A stretch of DNA of 64,000 nt from Octopus vulgaris (GCA_951406725.2 OX597834.1:30132001-30196000), one strand, 5' to 3'. Positions 27,616 to 41,332 are shown, numbered from the stretch's first letter. Notes: generated by a model from the letters alone, not told the origin. Translations and numbers: made by a program.

Positions 27616-28302
27616 AAGAGTGTGTCAAACTTACATCTATTTTGTTCGTTTTTCCAACCATAATCTTCTAAATTATGATGAGGAGAGAAGGAAGGGGAAG
27701 GAGGAGGAGAAGAAGAAGAAGAAGAAGAAGAAGAAGAAGAAGAAGAAGAAGATGATGATGATACTGAAGATGATAACAATGATGATGATGATGATATTGA
27801 AGACGATAACGATGATGATGATGACGAAGAAGACGATAACAATGATGTTGATGATGATGATGAAGAAGAAGAAGCAGGGGAGGAGGGAGGACAACTACCC
27901 TTAATGAAATAATGCAACCATCGTTAATGAATCCAATATGTGTTATGTTAATTTCCCTTTAGTTATTCATATGTCAATGTTTATTAAACTAATCAGTAAA
28001 ACGCAAAACATTTATTGCCCTTTCCCACTTTACTAATTTAGTAATATAATAAAGCTTGTACTAATTAATGTGAATCCTTTTAATGACCTTCCAAGTTAAG
28101 AACTGCTTACTTAGCGTGAAGTTTCAAACATATGTTAAAAATGCTTAGATGGGTGCAGGCGTGGTTCTGTGGTTAAGAAGCTCGCTTCCCAACCTCATGG
28201 TTCCAGGTTCAAGTCTTACCGCAAGGCACCTAGGGTGAGTATCTTCTACTATAGCCTCGGGCCAACGAAAGCCTTGTGAGTGGATTTCATAGATGGAAAA
28301 GG

Positions 28303-29373
28303 GGAAGAGAAATGCCTTCGTTTCATATAGTTTAATATCTTTTTATAAATATATACATTTTATATGGATTTCGTGAAATCCAACCAGTTTTCGCTATTTA
28401 AATTAGCTTTCCATTGTACAGTAAATCAGTTCTCGTGTCAGAGAGGTCACGTCATTTTGGATGTTTGAAGAATAAGAAGAATGAGTCTAGAGAGTGAACC
28501 AAGGGAAGCAACAGGTGGCAGGAAGGACAACTGGCTCCTTAGTATAATTTTTAAAATGATCAAATTTGTATATTGAGGTGTGGGCTGTACTTTTGTATGA
28601 ACAGGTTTTCCTTGTTTAGGCATTCTTGTACTGAGATTGAATCTTTGCATTGGTATAATGGGAAGATATGAAAATTCGGCATTTTATTACTTGCGCATTT
28701 GTCAATATGTCCACTCAGTGCTATCTGCCTGTATTGAGGGAAATTAATCTGTTTTTTATGCAGTGTGACTCTGTGTCTCAAAGTAAGGCTCGTTTGGCCC
28801 ACATAATTGTGACCACAACCTGAGCAGGTTAGGACATAAATAAGGTTCTGGAAAGCACATGTGAAGTTGGTCTTAATTGAGAATTTTTGTCCTTGCTGGA
28901 ATGTGAATTCCGGGCCTTCAGTTAGGTATGGGCATGTACCACAATTAGGTCGTCTGCATTTTTTAACTGTTGGTATCATATGTATTGAGTATAGTTTTGC
29001 ATTTGCTAGGAGTCTCTTAAGTGATTTGTCTTGTCTTTTGCATTTTAGTAGTTTGTGTGTATATAGGATGCTGTTCATTTTCGGGTCTTGAGTGAGCAGA
29101 GGGAGATTTTGTATAATTGTGTTGTATGCTTCATTGTTTTTGGGGTTGTGGGTGATATGTATGGGAGTGATTTAAGGTGAGGTGTGGTGTTACGTTTTGT
29201 TGTCCTTAGTGTGTTTGTGTCCAATTTCATGTCACAAGAACTGATTACTGTACAATGTCCCTTGAAAAGCTAATTTAAATAGTGAAAACCAGTTGGATTT
29301 CACGACATCCATATAACATGTATATATTTATAAAAAGATATTAAACTATATAAAACGAAGGCATTTCTCTTCC
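28303..29373 (-). mobile_element. Penelope-like element: GIY-YIG endonuclease ORF (28560-29078) flanked by inverted pseudo-LTRs (28303-28440 / 29230-29373)
   Basis: CRRPNCGTC, FTC..QNLIYVLTCSGCGHNYVGQT...RVTLH...E..FIQKY...LN. The ~135-bp inverted flanks carry a decayed hammerhead (gcta-loop-tagc GAAA). Confidence 0.92.
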
Positions 29374-29520
29374 ACTTTTTATAATTTTTTTTTCTTCCAC
29401 ATATTTTCAACTCATAATTTTGCCACGTGGTGTATACTGAATCTTCAGTATTTTTACACCTTGTATATTTATATATATATATATCTGTAAAATAATATGT
29501 GACAATTATTCAATAGCCAA

Positions 29521-29581
29521 GATAAAACTCTGAGTTTCGGATGCCAAAGTGGAAATCCACAATACCATCTCTTCGGTTATC
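29521..29581 (-). ncRNA. Hammerhead-like motif (U4C variant)
   Basis: gataa-CCGAAGA-gatg...catcc-GAAA-ctcagag-TT-ttatc, with a 5-bp stem I. Confidence 0.5.
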
Positions 29582-29665
29582 TGGCCATATTATTTTACAG
29601 ATAAATTTCCTCTATTTACATAATATTGAGGTCTCTTTCTTTCTTTTGTTATCTTACCGTTTTTA

Positions 29666-29702
<37 letters not shown>

Positions 29703-31172
29703 AATGAAATACAAAGTAAATACATGTTTATAAATGAAATAAATGTATGAAATATGTAAAATACACAGTTATAGAAAATATATTTTAAAATGTTTACTCT
29801 TTGCTCCACTCATCGCAGGCAATGGAGCTGCAATCATGCTGGAGTGTTGTCTGTAGAACTGACACTGTGTCTACAATGCTCCCTCTGTAGCTAGTTTTTG
29901 GTGAGCCAGGAAGTTTGATGTCGCTCACCTCAGCTGCATTATCTGCTGCCTCAATAAACTATATAAATACATGAAACACACAAAATTAATGAGTATATAA
30001 AATATGCACATACATGTAATAAAAATGAAATAAATCAACACATAATTTCATAAATATATGAAAAAGACAATATACATGAAATTCATAAATATGTAACTTA
30101 TATAAAAACACATAATACACAAAATCCATAACTACATACAGTATATAAATGCACAAATTTCATAAATATATAAAGAGATGACTTACTTAGAATATAAATG
30201 CATAAAGATTGGTCGCTATTTAGCATATAATGTAGTTATTGTAGGTTTACTATTAATGCCGATACAGATGTACATAGATTTATGTGTTTCTTGTTGTACT
30301 TTAATTTTAAAATTAATGTTTAATCCTGCCTATATTTGATTGAATACTGTTGTACACAGGGTAAATGTGTTTGAAAGTTGTGTGTTTTGTTTTCAGGTAT
30401 GTTTGTTTCCAAGCAGCACTTCTTTTAGTGCTGTTGACACTGCCGGATTGAATGGTACTGCCCAGGTGTCAAAACCATAATGATATCTGTGTGGCAGCTG
30501 ATGATGGGGGTATGTTGGATTGCTGGTATGGCTGTTTATGCATATGTGGAATAGTGTTATAACAGACCCTTTTGATATATATATGTATATATACTTAATA
30601 TATATATATGTGACATAAGATATATTATATACATGATTACATGTAATACACAACATATATACAGCCCTTCAAAAGTACAATTTCATAAAATGCTTAAATA
30701 CAAACATTGTATAAAATGCTTCTACAATAAATTAATAAACATGAAGTAAATAAAATAACACATTTTAAATAATTTTTTAAAATTTTGTGAAAATATAAAA
30801 GATATATCAGAATTTATAGAAATATATAAGGAGACATAAAAATATAGAACTATACGTAGAAATAAATATTCATGCTATTAGGAAGAAAAATTAGATGAAG
30901 AATAACAAAAATATTTAGTTATTATTAATATAATTGTTAATGTTGTTATTGTTGTTATTATTATTTGTTAATTTCTCATGAAAATTGTTATTAGCATCAT
31001 ATTGAAAATTCATATGGAAAATGGTTGGCATAAGGAAAAGTAACCATCTGTAGAATCCATGCCAAAGCAGACTTTGGAGCTTAGCATAGTCCTCAGCCTT
31101 GTCAGTTCCAGTTGAAATGTCCCACCCATATCAGCATGAAAAAAGGAACTGTAAATAACGGTAATGATGACG

Positions 31173-31213
<41 letters not shown>

Positions 31214-31463
31214 TATATATAAATACCCATACAAAACACACACACACATGGTTGTCTCATGAGGGTGTATGGCTTAGTGGTTAAGGTGTATTGCCGTGCA
31301 AGGTGACTATGTCAAAGATGGGGTTAAAACGTAGGTAAATAAGTAATTTTTTATTAAACATAACCATTCTGGGACCCTTTTGATACCACCTCCTATATAT
31401 TCAGATATAGATGTGTTTATGTGGGTATATGTATATACATGTATATGTATCCATTTGTTTATA

Positions 31464-31694
<231 letters not shown>

Positions 31695-32460
31695 TATATA
31701 TATAATAAAAAAAAATAAATATGTACATACACATACGTATACATACATACATGCACACTCACATACCAATACACATACATATACATATATATGCATGCAT
31801 GCAACCCACAACACACATGACACCCCCCTCATTGCCTCACCCCACATGTCAAGCACCCACCCACAACATCCACATTTCAAATTCTATCTACAGAGAATTA
31901 TTCAAAAAATGAAAATGCACCACCACCACCACCACCACCACCACAACAACAACAACAACAACAACAACAGCAATAACAACAATAGGGCTTTTTGTGCTTG
32001 ACAATCCATAACACCATGCCCTCCCACTTAGAATCCTCAAGATTCTGAAACCTCCTCCTTCATTTTTATTTACTTAGCGATGTTTTTGTTTCTACATTTA
32101 TTTATTTATTTAAACTCCTTCTTGCTTCAAAAATAGAAACGAGTCCTTCTAATACAACATGCAATGTGTTTATTTATTTACTTATTTATTTGTTTGTTTG
32201 TTTATGCACTATTGATGCTTACTTTTATATATTTTTGTTTACGATGATGGTTTTTTTTTTGTTTTGTAGTGTTTCTTTAATCCATGGACAAGAAGTAGTG
32301 TTTAAACTCTAAGATAGGAGCTGATTGTGTGTGTGTGTGTGTGTGTGTGTGTTAAATTGGCATGATAATCTACATAACCTGTATATATGTGTATGTATAC
32401 ACACACACACATAAATATATATTCATGTGTATGTATCCATATGCACACGTAAGTGTACAT

Positions 32461-32505
<45 letters not shown>

Positions 32506-32540
32506 TGTGTATGTATCCATATGCACACGTAAGTGTACAT

Positions 32541-32577
<37 letters not shown>

Positions 32578-32698
32578 CACATACAATGTATATTATATAT
32601 ATATAATATATGTGTATATATATATAAATATACATACATGCATACATATCCAAATACTTATATATCTATCACTCTCTCTCCTGTCCCTCTCTCTCTCA

Positions 32699-32773
<75 letters not shown>

Positions 32774-32879
32774 CATACAATGTATATCATATATAATATA
32801 CGTGTATATATATAAATATACTCATACATGCGTACATAGCCATATACTTATATATCTATCACTCTCCCTTTCTTGCCCC

Positions 32880-32910
<31 letters not shown>

Positions 32911-33269
32911 CATATATATATACTTACATATGCATATATATAATAAATATACATATATGTGTGTGTGTGCATATATACATTCACACACACACACACACAC
33001 ACAGAGGCACAACTACACTACAGCACACACACCCACTGACATACCCGGCAGCCCATCAAAGTCAGCAATGCCTGTAATACAAATAAGAAACTGTTTCTGT
33101 CGTCAAAGTCTCTAAGTGATGCATGACTGCTTTATTAACAAGGGAGGAGACAAGGACACAACCATCACTACTACCAGCATCACCATCATTGCCATCACCA
33201 TTATCCATCATCATCGTCATTGTCGTCGTCATCACAGCCATCAACACCATAATCATCATCACCACAATC

Positions 33270-33780
33270 GTCACCCCCCACCATCACCACTGAGACCACC
33301 AATACCATCATCACCACTACCACTACTACTACCACCACCACCACCGCTGAGACCACCACCACCATCATCACCATCATCACCACTACCACTACTACTACCA
33401 CCACCACCACCGCTCAGACCACCAATACCATCATCACCATCATCACCACTACCGCTACTACTACCACCACCACCACCGCTTAGAACACCACCACCATCAT
33501 CACCACTACCACTACTACCACCACCACCACCACCGCTGAGACCACCAATACCATCATCACCATCATCACCACTACCACTACTACTACCACCACCACCACC
33601 ACGGCCATCGTCATGACCATCACCACCTTCCCATCATCATCTTCATCACCACCACCCTCATCATCATCATCATCATTGCTGTTGTCATTATCATTACCCT
33701 CATCATCATCATCATCAATGTCTACAATAACTGCAACAGCTATAACAACAACAACAACAACAACAACAACAGCAACATCA
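33270..33780. repeat. (ACC/ACT/ATC)n trinucleotide array with higher-order units
   Basis: Direct reading; produces the spurious Pro-rich ORF 33116-33616. Confidence 0.9.
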
Positions 33781-33825
33781 GCAACCAGCTCTGGAATGGT
33801 AACACTGGCACCGACATGAACTAAC

Positions 33826-34011
33826 CGTCAAAACAGGAACGCACTGGCAGCACCCATTTACCGTAGTGACAAAGCACTACTGTGGGTATGAGATGGGGCT
33901 TCTCACAGATCACATGGATGTAGGTACCACTTGGAATGGTGAAGTTTACCACTGGCTCGTCGTTCAGGAATCTGTAGCTTGTCTCTTTGAATTCTGGCAG
34001 TACACAAGGCC
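33826..34011 (-). CDS. Gene C exon: CCP7 ([12 protein letters not shown]...[34 protein letters not shown])
   Basis: attttgcag|GG ... GAC G|gttagt, 186 nt, phase 1-1. Confidence 0.9.
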
Positions 34012-34128
34012 CTGCAAAATATTCCAAGACACAGAATAACAAACATGATATATATATATATATATATATGTACACACACACACACACATATATGTATGTA
34101 TATATATATATATATGTATATGCATCTG

Positions 34129-34221
<93 letters not shown>

Positions 34222-34229
34222 GTATATAC

Positions 34230-34306
<77 letters not shown>

Positions 34307-34408
34307 TATAACGGGAAGGTTTACGAAAATAAACAAAAGACGAAGGCAGGTGGAGTACAAACAAACAAATGTATTAGTATGGCGCTCAGGAATAGAAATA
34401 GAACAAGT

Positions 34409-34444
34409 CTTTTACGTTTCGAGCCTACGCTCTTCGACAGAAAG
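34409..34444 (-). ncRNA. Very short Penelope-type hammerhead motif (A6U variant)
   Basis: cttt-CTGTCGA-agagc gtag gctc-GAAA-cg-TA-aaag, inside a ~190-bp island between (TA)n tracts. Confidence 0.55.
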
Positions 34445-34577
34445 ATACACAGAAAAGAAACAAGGAGAGAAAAAAATGCGCTAACGATCTATCATGGCGT
34501 ATATATATATATATATGTATATATATATGTATATGTATATATATATGTATATATATATATATATGTATATATGTTTA

Positions 34578-34618
<41 letters not shown>

Positions 34619-34647
34619 GTTTATGCATATATATATATATATGTATA

Positions 34648-34695
<48 letters not shown>

Positions 34696-34697
<2 letters not shown>

Positions 34698-34975
34698 CAG
34701 CATTCATAACCATAGGTGAGGATAGGCACCAAATCAAAGATGGTGAGTTCAACATTTTATCCGACTTCCCCTCTTCTGAGGATCAAATGCTGGAGATGGT
34801 GTATTACTCTATCGGTTCCTGCAATTCTAGCATTCAATTCAGCATCCTGATTTCCATTACACTTGACTACATCCCCAAAATAGACAAAGTCCTCCACTTG
34901 TCTCATTGGTGTTCCTCTAACTTGCAGAGTGCACTGGGAGGAATTTCTTGAGAAAACCAATGTCTCAAAATTATC
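34696..34975 (-). mobile_element. LINE (RTE-like) RT thumb-region fragment
   Basis: [10 protein letters not shown]...ELNARI and [10 protein letters not shown]. Confidence 0.75.
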
Positions 34976-35188
34976 ATCATTAAACAAACATTCCAAATAT
35001 GAACCAAATAGGCATCCTGCTGTACAACAATGCCTTAATAACATACTCATCTAACACATGAAGACATGGAAAAACAGATGTAAAATACATGATTAACAAT
35101 ATAAAAATTATACTCTGTGGCACTAATATTTCTTTCCTATAGAATCACTTACTTGGTCTATTTATTTACTAAATAAATGTTAACCTAC

Positions 35189-35383
35189 TTGGTTTACATT
35201 CCAAAAGACTTGGTATCCACTTCCCATACTGGCAAACTGACCGGATGTTATTGTTTAAAGGAATGGTTGTCTGTGGATTGCAGTGTAATTCCACTGTACT
35301 TGAGTGCAGCATTAACCTCGAAGTTGACCCAATTAAGGTCAAAGGTGAAGAAACGCTGTCGTTTTTTAACTGTAGACATGAAA
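35189..35383 (-). CDS. Gene C exon: CCP6 (SCLQLKNDSVSSPLTL...STVELHCNPQTTIPLNNNIRSVCQYGKWIPSLLECKP); not in the ORF track
   Basis: ttttcattgcag|TT ... CCA A|gtaggt, 195 nt, open frame, four Cys plus GKW. Confidence 0.9.
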
Positions 35384-35659
35384 CTGCAATGAAAACAAAA
35401 GTGATAATTATTCTTTTCTAATTTTTGACAAGGGACTAACAAATCTGAGCGGAGGGGTTAATTCATTACAACGTGTACATGACTGGTATTTATTTTGTTG
35501 ACCCCTGAAAGGATGAAAGATAAAGTCAGCTTCACTGGAATTTGAACTCATAATGTTAAACATCAGAAGAAATGTCACTAAGAATTTAGTCTGACACACT
35601 AACAATTCTGCTAGCTTCCTGCCTTAATAATAATAATAATAATAATAATGATGATGATA

Positions 35660-35694
<35 letters not shown>

Positions 35695-36614
35695 AATAAT
35701 AATAATCCTGTCTACTATAGGCACAAGGCCTGAAATTTTGTGGGAGGGGACCGGTCAACCCCAGTATTCAACTGGTACCTATTTCATTGACCTTGAAAGG
35801 ATGAAAGGCAAAGTTGACCTCAGCGGAATTTGAACTCAGAACATAGCGACAGGTGAAATAACACTAAGCATTTTGCCCAGTGTGCTAATGATTCTGCCAG
35901 CTCGCTGCCTTCATAATAAGGATTATTATTATTATAATAATCCATTCTAAGGCGGTGAGCTGGCAGAATCGTTAGCATACTGGATGAAATGCTTAGTGGT
36001 ATTTCACCTGTTGCTATGTTCTGAGTTCAAATTCCACTGAGGTCAACTTTGCCTTTCATCATTTCGGGGTCAATAAATTAAGTACCAGTGAAACACTGGG
36101 GTCAATATAATTGACTAATCCCCACCCAACAAATTTGAGGTCTTGTGCCTATAGTAGAAAGGATTATAATAATCTTTTCTACTATAGGCAGAAGACCTGA
36201 AATTATTTAGGGGAGAGGGCTAGTTGATTACATTGACCCCAGTGCACAACTGGTATACATTTCATTGACCCTGAAAGGATGAAAGACAAAGTCAACCTTG
36301 GCAGAATTTGAACTCAGAACATAAAGATGGATGAGATGATACTAATAATTTTTTCCAGTATTCTAACGATTCTGCCAGCTCACTGCCTTAACGAGGATGA
36401 TGGTAACAATAGTTATAATAACAACAATAATATTTATAATTATCGTTATGATAATTAATGCAAAGGAATTTAACTGTTGTTGTTTTCTTTTTCAGAAGAA
36501 TATCTAAAGTTTCAATATTTTTAGAAATGAAAGAAACGATTTTTTAAAAAAATTATTGAAGTATAATTGTGAAAGAAAAGAAATATGATTAAAAAACTAA
36601 AAGTGAAGTCATAC

Positions 36615-36851
36615 ATGGTTGACATTCCAGGTCAGTCACAGTCCATTTCCCATTGAGACATGTCGAGGTTGTAACACCATTTTTAGATTTATATTTGCTG
36701 GGGTCACAGGCTAGTTTTACAACAGTCCCATGTGGGTGGAGCTGGTCTTGGAACAAAGAGACTGACCCAATCTCTTGATCCTTTCTGTGGTGAGTGTCTT
36801 GAAGTAAAACCAGGGGAGAAGTGGTGCTGTTTGTCAGAGGAATGCAGGAAT
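36615..36851 (-). CDS. Gene C exon: CCP5 with long insertion (SCIPLTNSTTSPL...HGTVVKLACDPSKY...TCLNGKWTVTDLECQP)
   Basis: catttccag|AT ... CCA T|gtatga, 237 nt, phase 1-1. Confidence 0.9.
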
Positions 36852-37059
36852 CTGGAAATGAGAAGAAGAAAGCCAAAAGTATATGTGAAGAAGATTTTGG
36901 AATAAGTTTGGTTGCCATAAAAAGTGGAGACTCTAACACTTTGGCCTTTGTTTTTTGTCTGAGAGTGAATAAGATAAAGGAAATGGTGCTGTAAGGCAGG
37001 TGGGAATAAAATAGGTAAATGAACATGTCCATAAAATAGACTCCATCAACTGCCAGTAG

Positions 37060-37890
37060 GGAAAGCTACAGGTAAAAGATTACTTCCATTATCTAGGTGA
37101 CCAAGTGAGTAGTGGAGGTGGAGAATAAGATTAGGCTGGACAAAGTTCAGAGAGTTCCTGCCTCTGCTTTCAACAAAGGCCTCTCTCTCTCAGAGTGAAA
37201 GGCAAATTGTATGATGCTTGTGTGCGAACAGGTATGCTACATGGCAGGGAAACATGGGCTGTGACAGTCGAGGACATGTGTAGGCTTGAGAGAAATGAAG
37301 CCAGTATGCTTTACTGAATGTGCAATGGCAGTGTGCATATTTGACAGAATGTAAGCATCTTGAGAAAAAAGTTAGGCATAAGAGGAATCAGATGTGGTGT
37401 GCAAGAGAGACAACTGTGCTGGTATGGTCATGTGATGTATATGGACTAAGATAGCTGTGTAAAGAAGTGTCAATTGCTAACTGTGGAAGTAGGCCCAAGA
37501 AGACATGGAATGAGGTAGTGAAGCATGACCTTCTAACTTCGAACCTCACAGAGGCAATGACTAATGACCGAGACATTTGGTAATGTGCTCTGCTTAAGGG
37601 GACCTGTCAAGCCAAGTGCACCCATGCTGGTGGCACATAAAAATTCGACCTTTAAACGTTGAGCCTCATGGAGGCAAAGTGGATGGGTTTCTTTCGAGCG
37701 TTGAGCCTGACGGAGACAAAGTGGCTGAGTTCCTTTCGAGTGTTGGGCCTCAAGGAGGCAATGGCAAGGACCTTGACCTTTAGCATTGTCGTGCTTGAGA
37801 AGAAGTCCCATCAAGCCGAGCAAAATTGCAGTCATGGCAGATACTGGTGTCACACAAATGGCACCTATGCTGGTGGCATATAAAAGTACC
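37060..37890 (+). mobile_element. Decayed RTE LINE 3' part, same family as 18795-20035
   Basis: ctaggtgaccaag...gaaacatgggctgtgac...gagaaatgaagc...tggtatggtcatgtg matches the 19-kb copy in reverse. Confidence 0.85.
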
Positions 37891-38545
37891 CATTAATTAT
37901 AAACTTCCATTAAAATTTCATCTTAATTTATGTTGCAAAACCTATTTTAATAATGATTAAGATATAATTACTGAATTCGTTGTTATTTCGTAATTTTCAA
38001 AATCAATTAAAACAAAGGACAGTGCACCTCAACAGGAATATGGCAACAAAATGTTAACAATGAATAGAAAAATGGTTCAAGGTCTTAACAGCAAAACACA
38101 CACCCAGACACACACACACACACACACATACACACGCGTGCTCGCTTGCGCGCACATCCAATGACAATTTCAAACAAAATATCAGCAATATGCAACATAA
38201 GAATTAACAGAACAATCGCGAAACAGATGGATGTATAATTTCATATATTTGGAACCATCAAAGGAGGAAAACATCAAAGAAATTGAGTTAAAGATTGGAC
38301 AAAGAAGTCCATAAATTAGCATTACAATTTGAAGCAATAAATTGTGAAAGTTGTAAAGTTAATTTATGAACATATAATGCTTGCAGAGATGGCAGATGAA
38401 AAGAGAGTGAGAGAGTGAGACAGACGGACAGACAGATAAAAAGAGAAGATGAGGAATATTAAAAATGGGTCGGTGGGGGTTGCCGCTTCAAATTTTAATT
38501 TTCTTTTTCTCAGAAGAACACCAAACTATTTCATCTTTTACTCAC

Positions 38546-38737
38546 ATTTTTGGCAAACTGGAACCTTTGGTAACCATTTTCCATAGGTACAGACAATTGT
38601 CTTTGGTCCACTCAAATTATGGTTTGAATCACAGAACGTCTTGATAGCGGTACCATTTTTGATGAGTTTGTCTTGTATCTGTTTATGATTTCTATATAAG
38701 AAATATCCATTTGGTATGAATGGCAGCAAACAAGATT
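38546..38737 (-). CDS. Gene C exon: CCP4 (SCLLPFIPNGYF...TFCDSNHNLSGPKTIVCTYGKWLPKVPVCQK)
   Basis: cctttttag|AA ... AAA T|gtgagt, 192 nt, phase 1-1. Confidence 0.93.
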
Positions 38738-39018
38738 CTAAAAAGGAAACAATGTGTGATGAATAAATAGTGAAAATAAATTTTAACTTGTTTATATATG
38801 TGCATGTATGTGTGGCCACACATGTGTATGTAAATATGTATATGTATATATATATATATATATATATTGTGAAATAGAAAGATGAATAATCTTGTTGCAG
38901 ATTAATCAAAAGTTTAACCGATACCTTGGTAGCAAAAATCACAGCAGAAGACAGCACGGTTGGAGGTACAACCATATGGTGTTGCAACCGTGCGTTGGTG
39001 CGGATAATTGAATTTTAA

Positions 39019-39396
39019 TATTATTGGTGAATTGAAGAAATGGAGTTGAACGAAGATTGAACAGAAATCGTTTTATTGCATTCTACACGTGTTTCGAAAG
39101 GCACAATTTACCAAATTCCGATTGAATAAGGAGACCATATTGTGTCTTTCTCTTCAGGAAGAAATAGGAAATCCGTTGGAAAAAGCAAAAACAGAACAGA
39201 GGCGGAGCAAAACAAATCGAACGCGGCTCCTAAGAGCCCATGGATTTCCTATTTCTTCCTGAAGAGAAAGACACAATATGGTCTCCTTATTCAATCGGAA
39301 TTTGGTAAATTGTGCCTTTCGAAACACGTGTAGAATGCAATAAAACGATTTCTGTTCAATCTTCGTTCAACTCCATTTCTTCAATTCACTAATAAT

Positions 39397-39397
<1 letters not shown>
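39019..39397. repeat. ~156-bp near-perfect inverted repeat (39019-39174 / 39242-39397), probable inverted Penelope pseudo-LTR
   Basis: The arms are reverse complements with about 1 mismatch and a 67-bp spacer. Confidence 0.93.
39256..39335 (+). ncRNA. Minimal hammerhead ribozyme (mirror copy on the - strand at 39081-39160)
   Basis: ttc-CTGAAGA-gaaagacacaat...attgtgcctttc-GAAA-cacgtg-TA-gaa; intact core and palindromic stem III. Confidence 0.75.
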
Positions 39398-39439
<42 letters not shown>

Positions 39440-39761
39440 TACTACTACTATAATCATTTCTTAAATATAGCCATGAAACACGTGTCGTTATTCTACTAAT
39501 TATATATGTTTTTATTATTTTTTTTGCAATTTACTTAATCTTTGACATTTTATTGTTATTTTAATTTTAATATTTCTATTATATATAATTTTCTAGATGG
39601 TGTAATTTTATTGTTCATTTTGAATTGATAAAGGGTGGTTTTCTTCTAAATTTTATATATATATATATATTATATTGTGTGAAATTTGATTTAGTATTTC
39701 TAAATTGAATTTTTTTCCCTGTAAGTTTGGATTTATATTCCCTCAAATAATTATATATATA

Positions 39762-40020
39762 TCGAAGTAATGCCGTAAAGCAGTGTTTATGTATAATCAC
39801 AATTTAGATTAGTTGAAATATGTTTGTCACATATTTCAACTGATAAAGGCAAATATGCCGAAACATCGATGTCTGAGATTCCTGAGAGATGGTGAGACTG
39901 AATGAACTCCACAGTAACTGCAGTGTCTTTGCCGTTTAGCAGTTGAAATATTTGACAAACATATTTCAACTAACCTGATTCGTGATTATACGTGAACACT
40001 GTTTTGCACCATTACTTCAT
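39762..40020. mobile_element. Imperfect inverted repeat carrying a hammerhead variant at 39836-39877 (+)
   Basis: CTGATAA-aggca aata tgcc-GAAA-catcgatg-TC; arms tagttgaaatatgtttgtca / tgacaaacatatttcaacta. Confidence 0.55.
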
Positions 40021-40487
40021 TATTTTTCTTGCTCGGGTAATCTACAAGTGCAAATCAATCAATATTGTTGGCTGAATTATATAAGACTTGGGATGAGGTG
40101 ATGAAGCACGACCTTCGAATGTTGGGCCTCACAGAGGCGATGACGAGCAACCGAGACCTTTGGAGATATGCTGTACTTGAGAAGACCTGGCAAGCCAAGT
40201 GAGACTGTAACCTTGGCCTATGCCAGTGTAGCATAACCAGCCCGTTTAAGAGTACCCTTCAATCATTGGGTTTGTTTATGTCCCCCATCACCTAACAGTT
40301 CAGCAAAACAGGAGCAACAGAATAAGTGCTAGACGTTTTTTTTAAAAATCAATAAATACTTGGGTCCATTCATTGAAGTAAAAATTCTTAAAGGCAATGC
40401 TCCAGTATGGCCACAATCCAGTGACTGAACCAAGGCAAAGATAAAAAAAAGGATTTCAATATAATACAAGAATTTAAAAAGAAATAC

Positions 40488-40679
40488 TTGGTATGCAGCT
40501 TGGTTCATCAGGCTGCCATCTTCCTCGCTGACATGTAACATTGGTGATGCCATTCTTGGGAATGAAACCATTTTCACAGATTACTTTAGTTTTGGTACCA
40601 GGAATCCAAGGAAGCTGTTCACCATTTTCGATTTCATCAAATGTGCCATAAGTTATCTTCTTCAAAGATTTACAATTCT
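40488..40679 (-). CDS. Gene C exon: CCP3 (NCKSLKKITYG...PGTKTKVICENGFIPKNGITNVTCQRGRWQPDEPSCIP)
   Basis: tatattccag|AG ... CCA A|gtattt, 192 nt, phase 1-1. Confidence 0.92.
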
Positions 40680-41284
40680 CTGGAATATAAATTGAATACG
40701 TACATGCACACATACCGATTTCAGATTTTGACACAAGGCCAGCAATTTGGTGGGGAGGAAGTAAGATGACCCCCCAGTGATCAACTGGTACTTATTTTAT
40801 CGACCCTGAAAGAATGAAAGGTAAAGTCAGCCTTGGTGGAATTTGAACTCAGAATGTGAAGATGAATGAAATGCTGCCAAGCCATTTGCTCAGTCTGCTA
40901 ATGATTCTGCTAGCTCGTTACCTTAATTTAGATATATATTAATGATTTCTCATTTTAATACTAATGACTTCTTAATAGTTGAGTCATAATAAAATTAATT
41001 TAACACTTAACTGAAGAATGACTCAACTTTTTGTAAAGTACATATTGATTTGGTTATACTTTTACAAGAAGAAGGCTGACAGTGACTTTGAAGTTTCAAT
41101 CTGTAAGCTTCCATTGCACAGTTCAACAGCTTAGGTCCACCTTGTCCTTTACCCAGTATGATAAAATAAGTGCATGAAAACTACAGGGTAGGGTGTGAGG
41201 ATTGATATTGCCCCAAGGACAGACTCCAAAGGGGTTGCTGTCCAACTATTAAAACCAATAAAGGAACAAAATAATTGAGTTCAA

Positions 41285-41329
<45 letters not shown>

Positions 41330-41332
<3 letters not shown>

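Noticed and set aside
33116-33616. Extensin-like Pro-rich 166-aa ORF
   Set aside because: It is an (ACC/ATC/ACT)n array antisense within a gene C intron, with no supporting splice context.
35147-35188. Alternative stronger donor (gtaagt) downstream of CCP6
   Set aside because: Extending the exon to it introduces an in-frame TAG.
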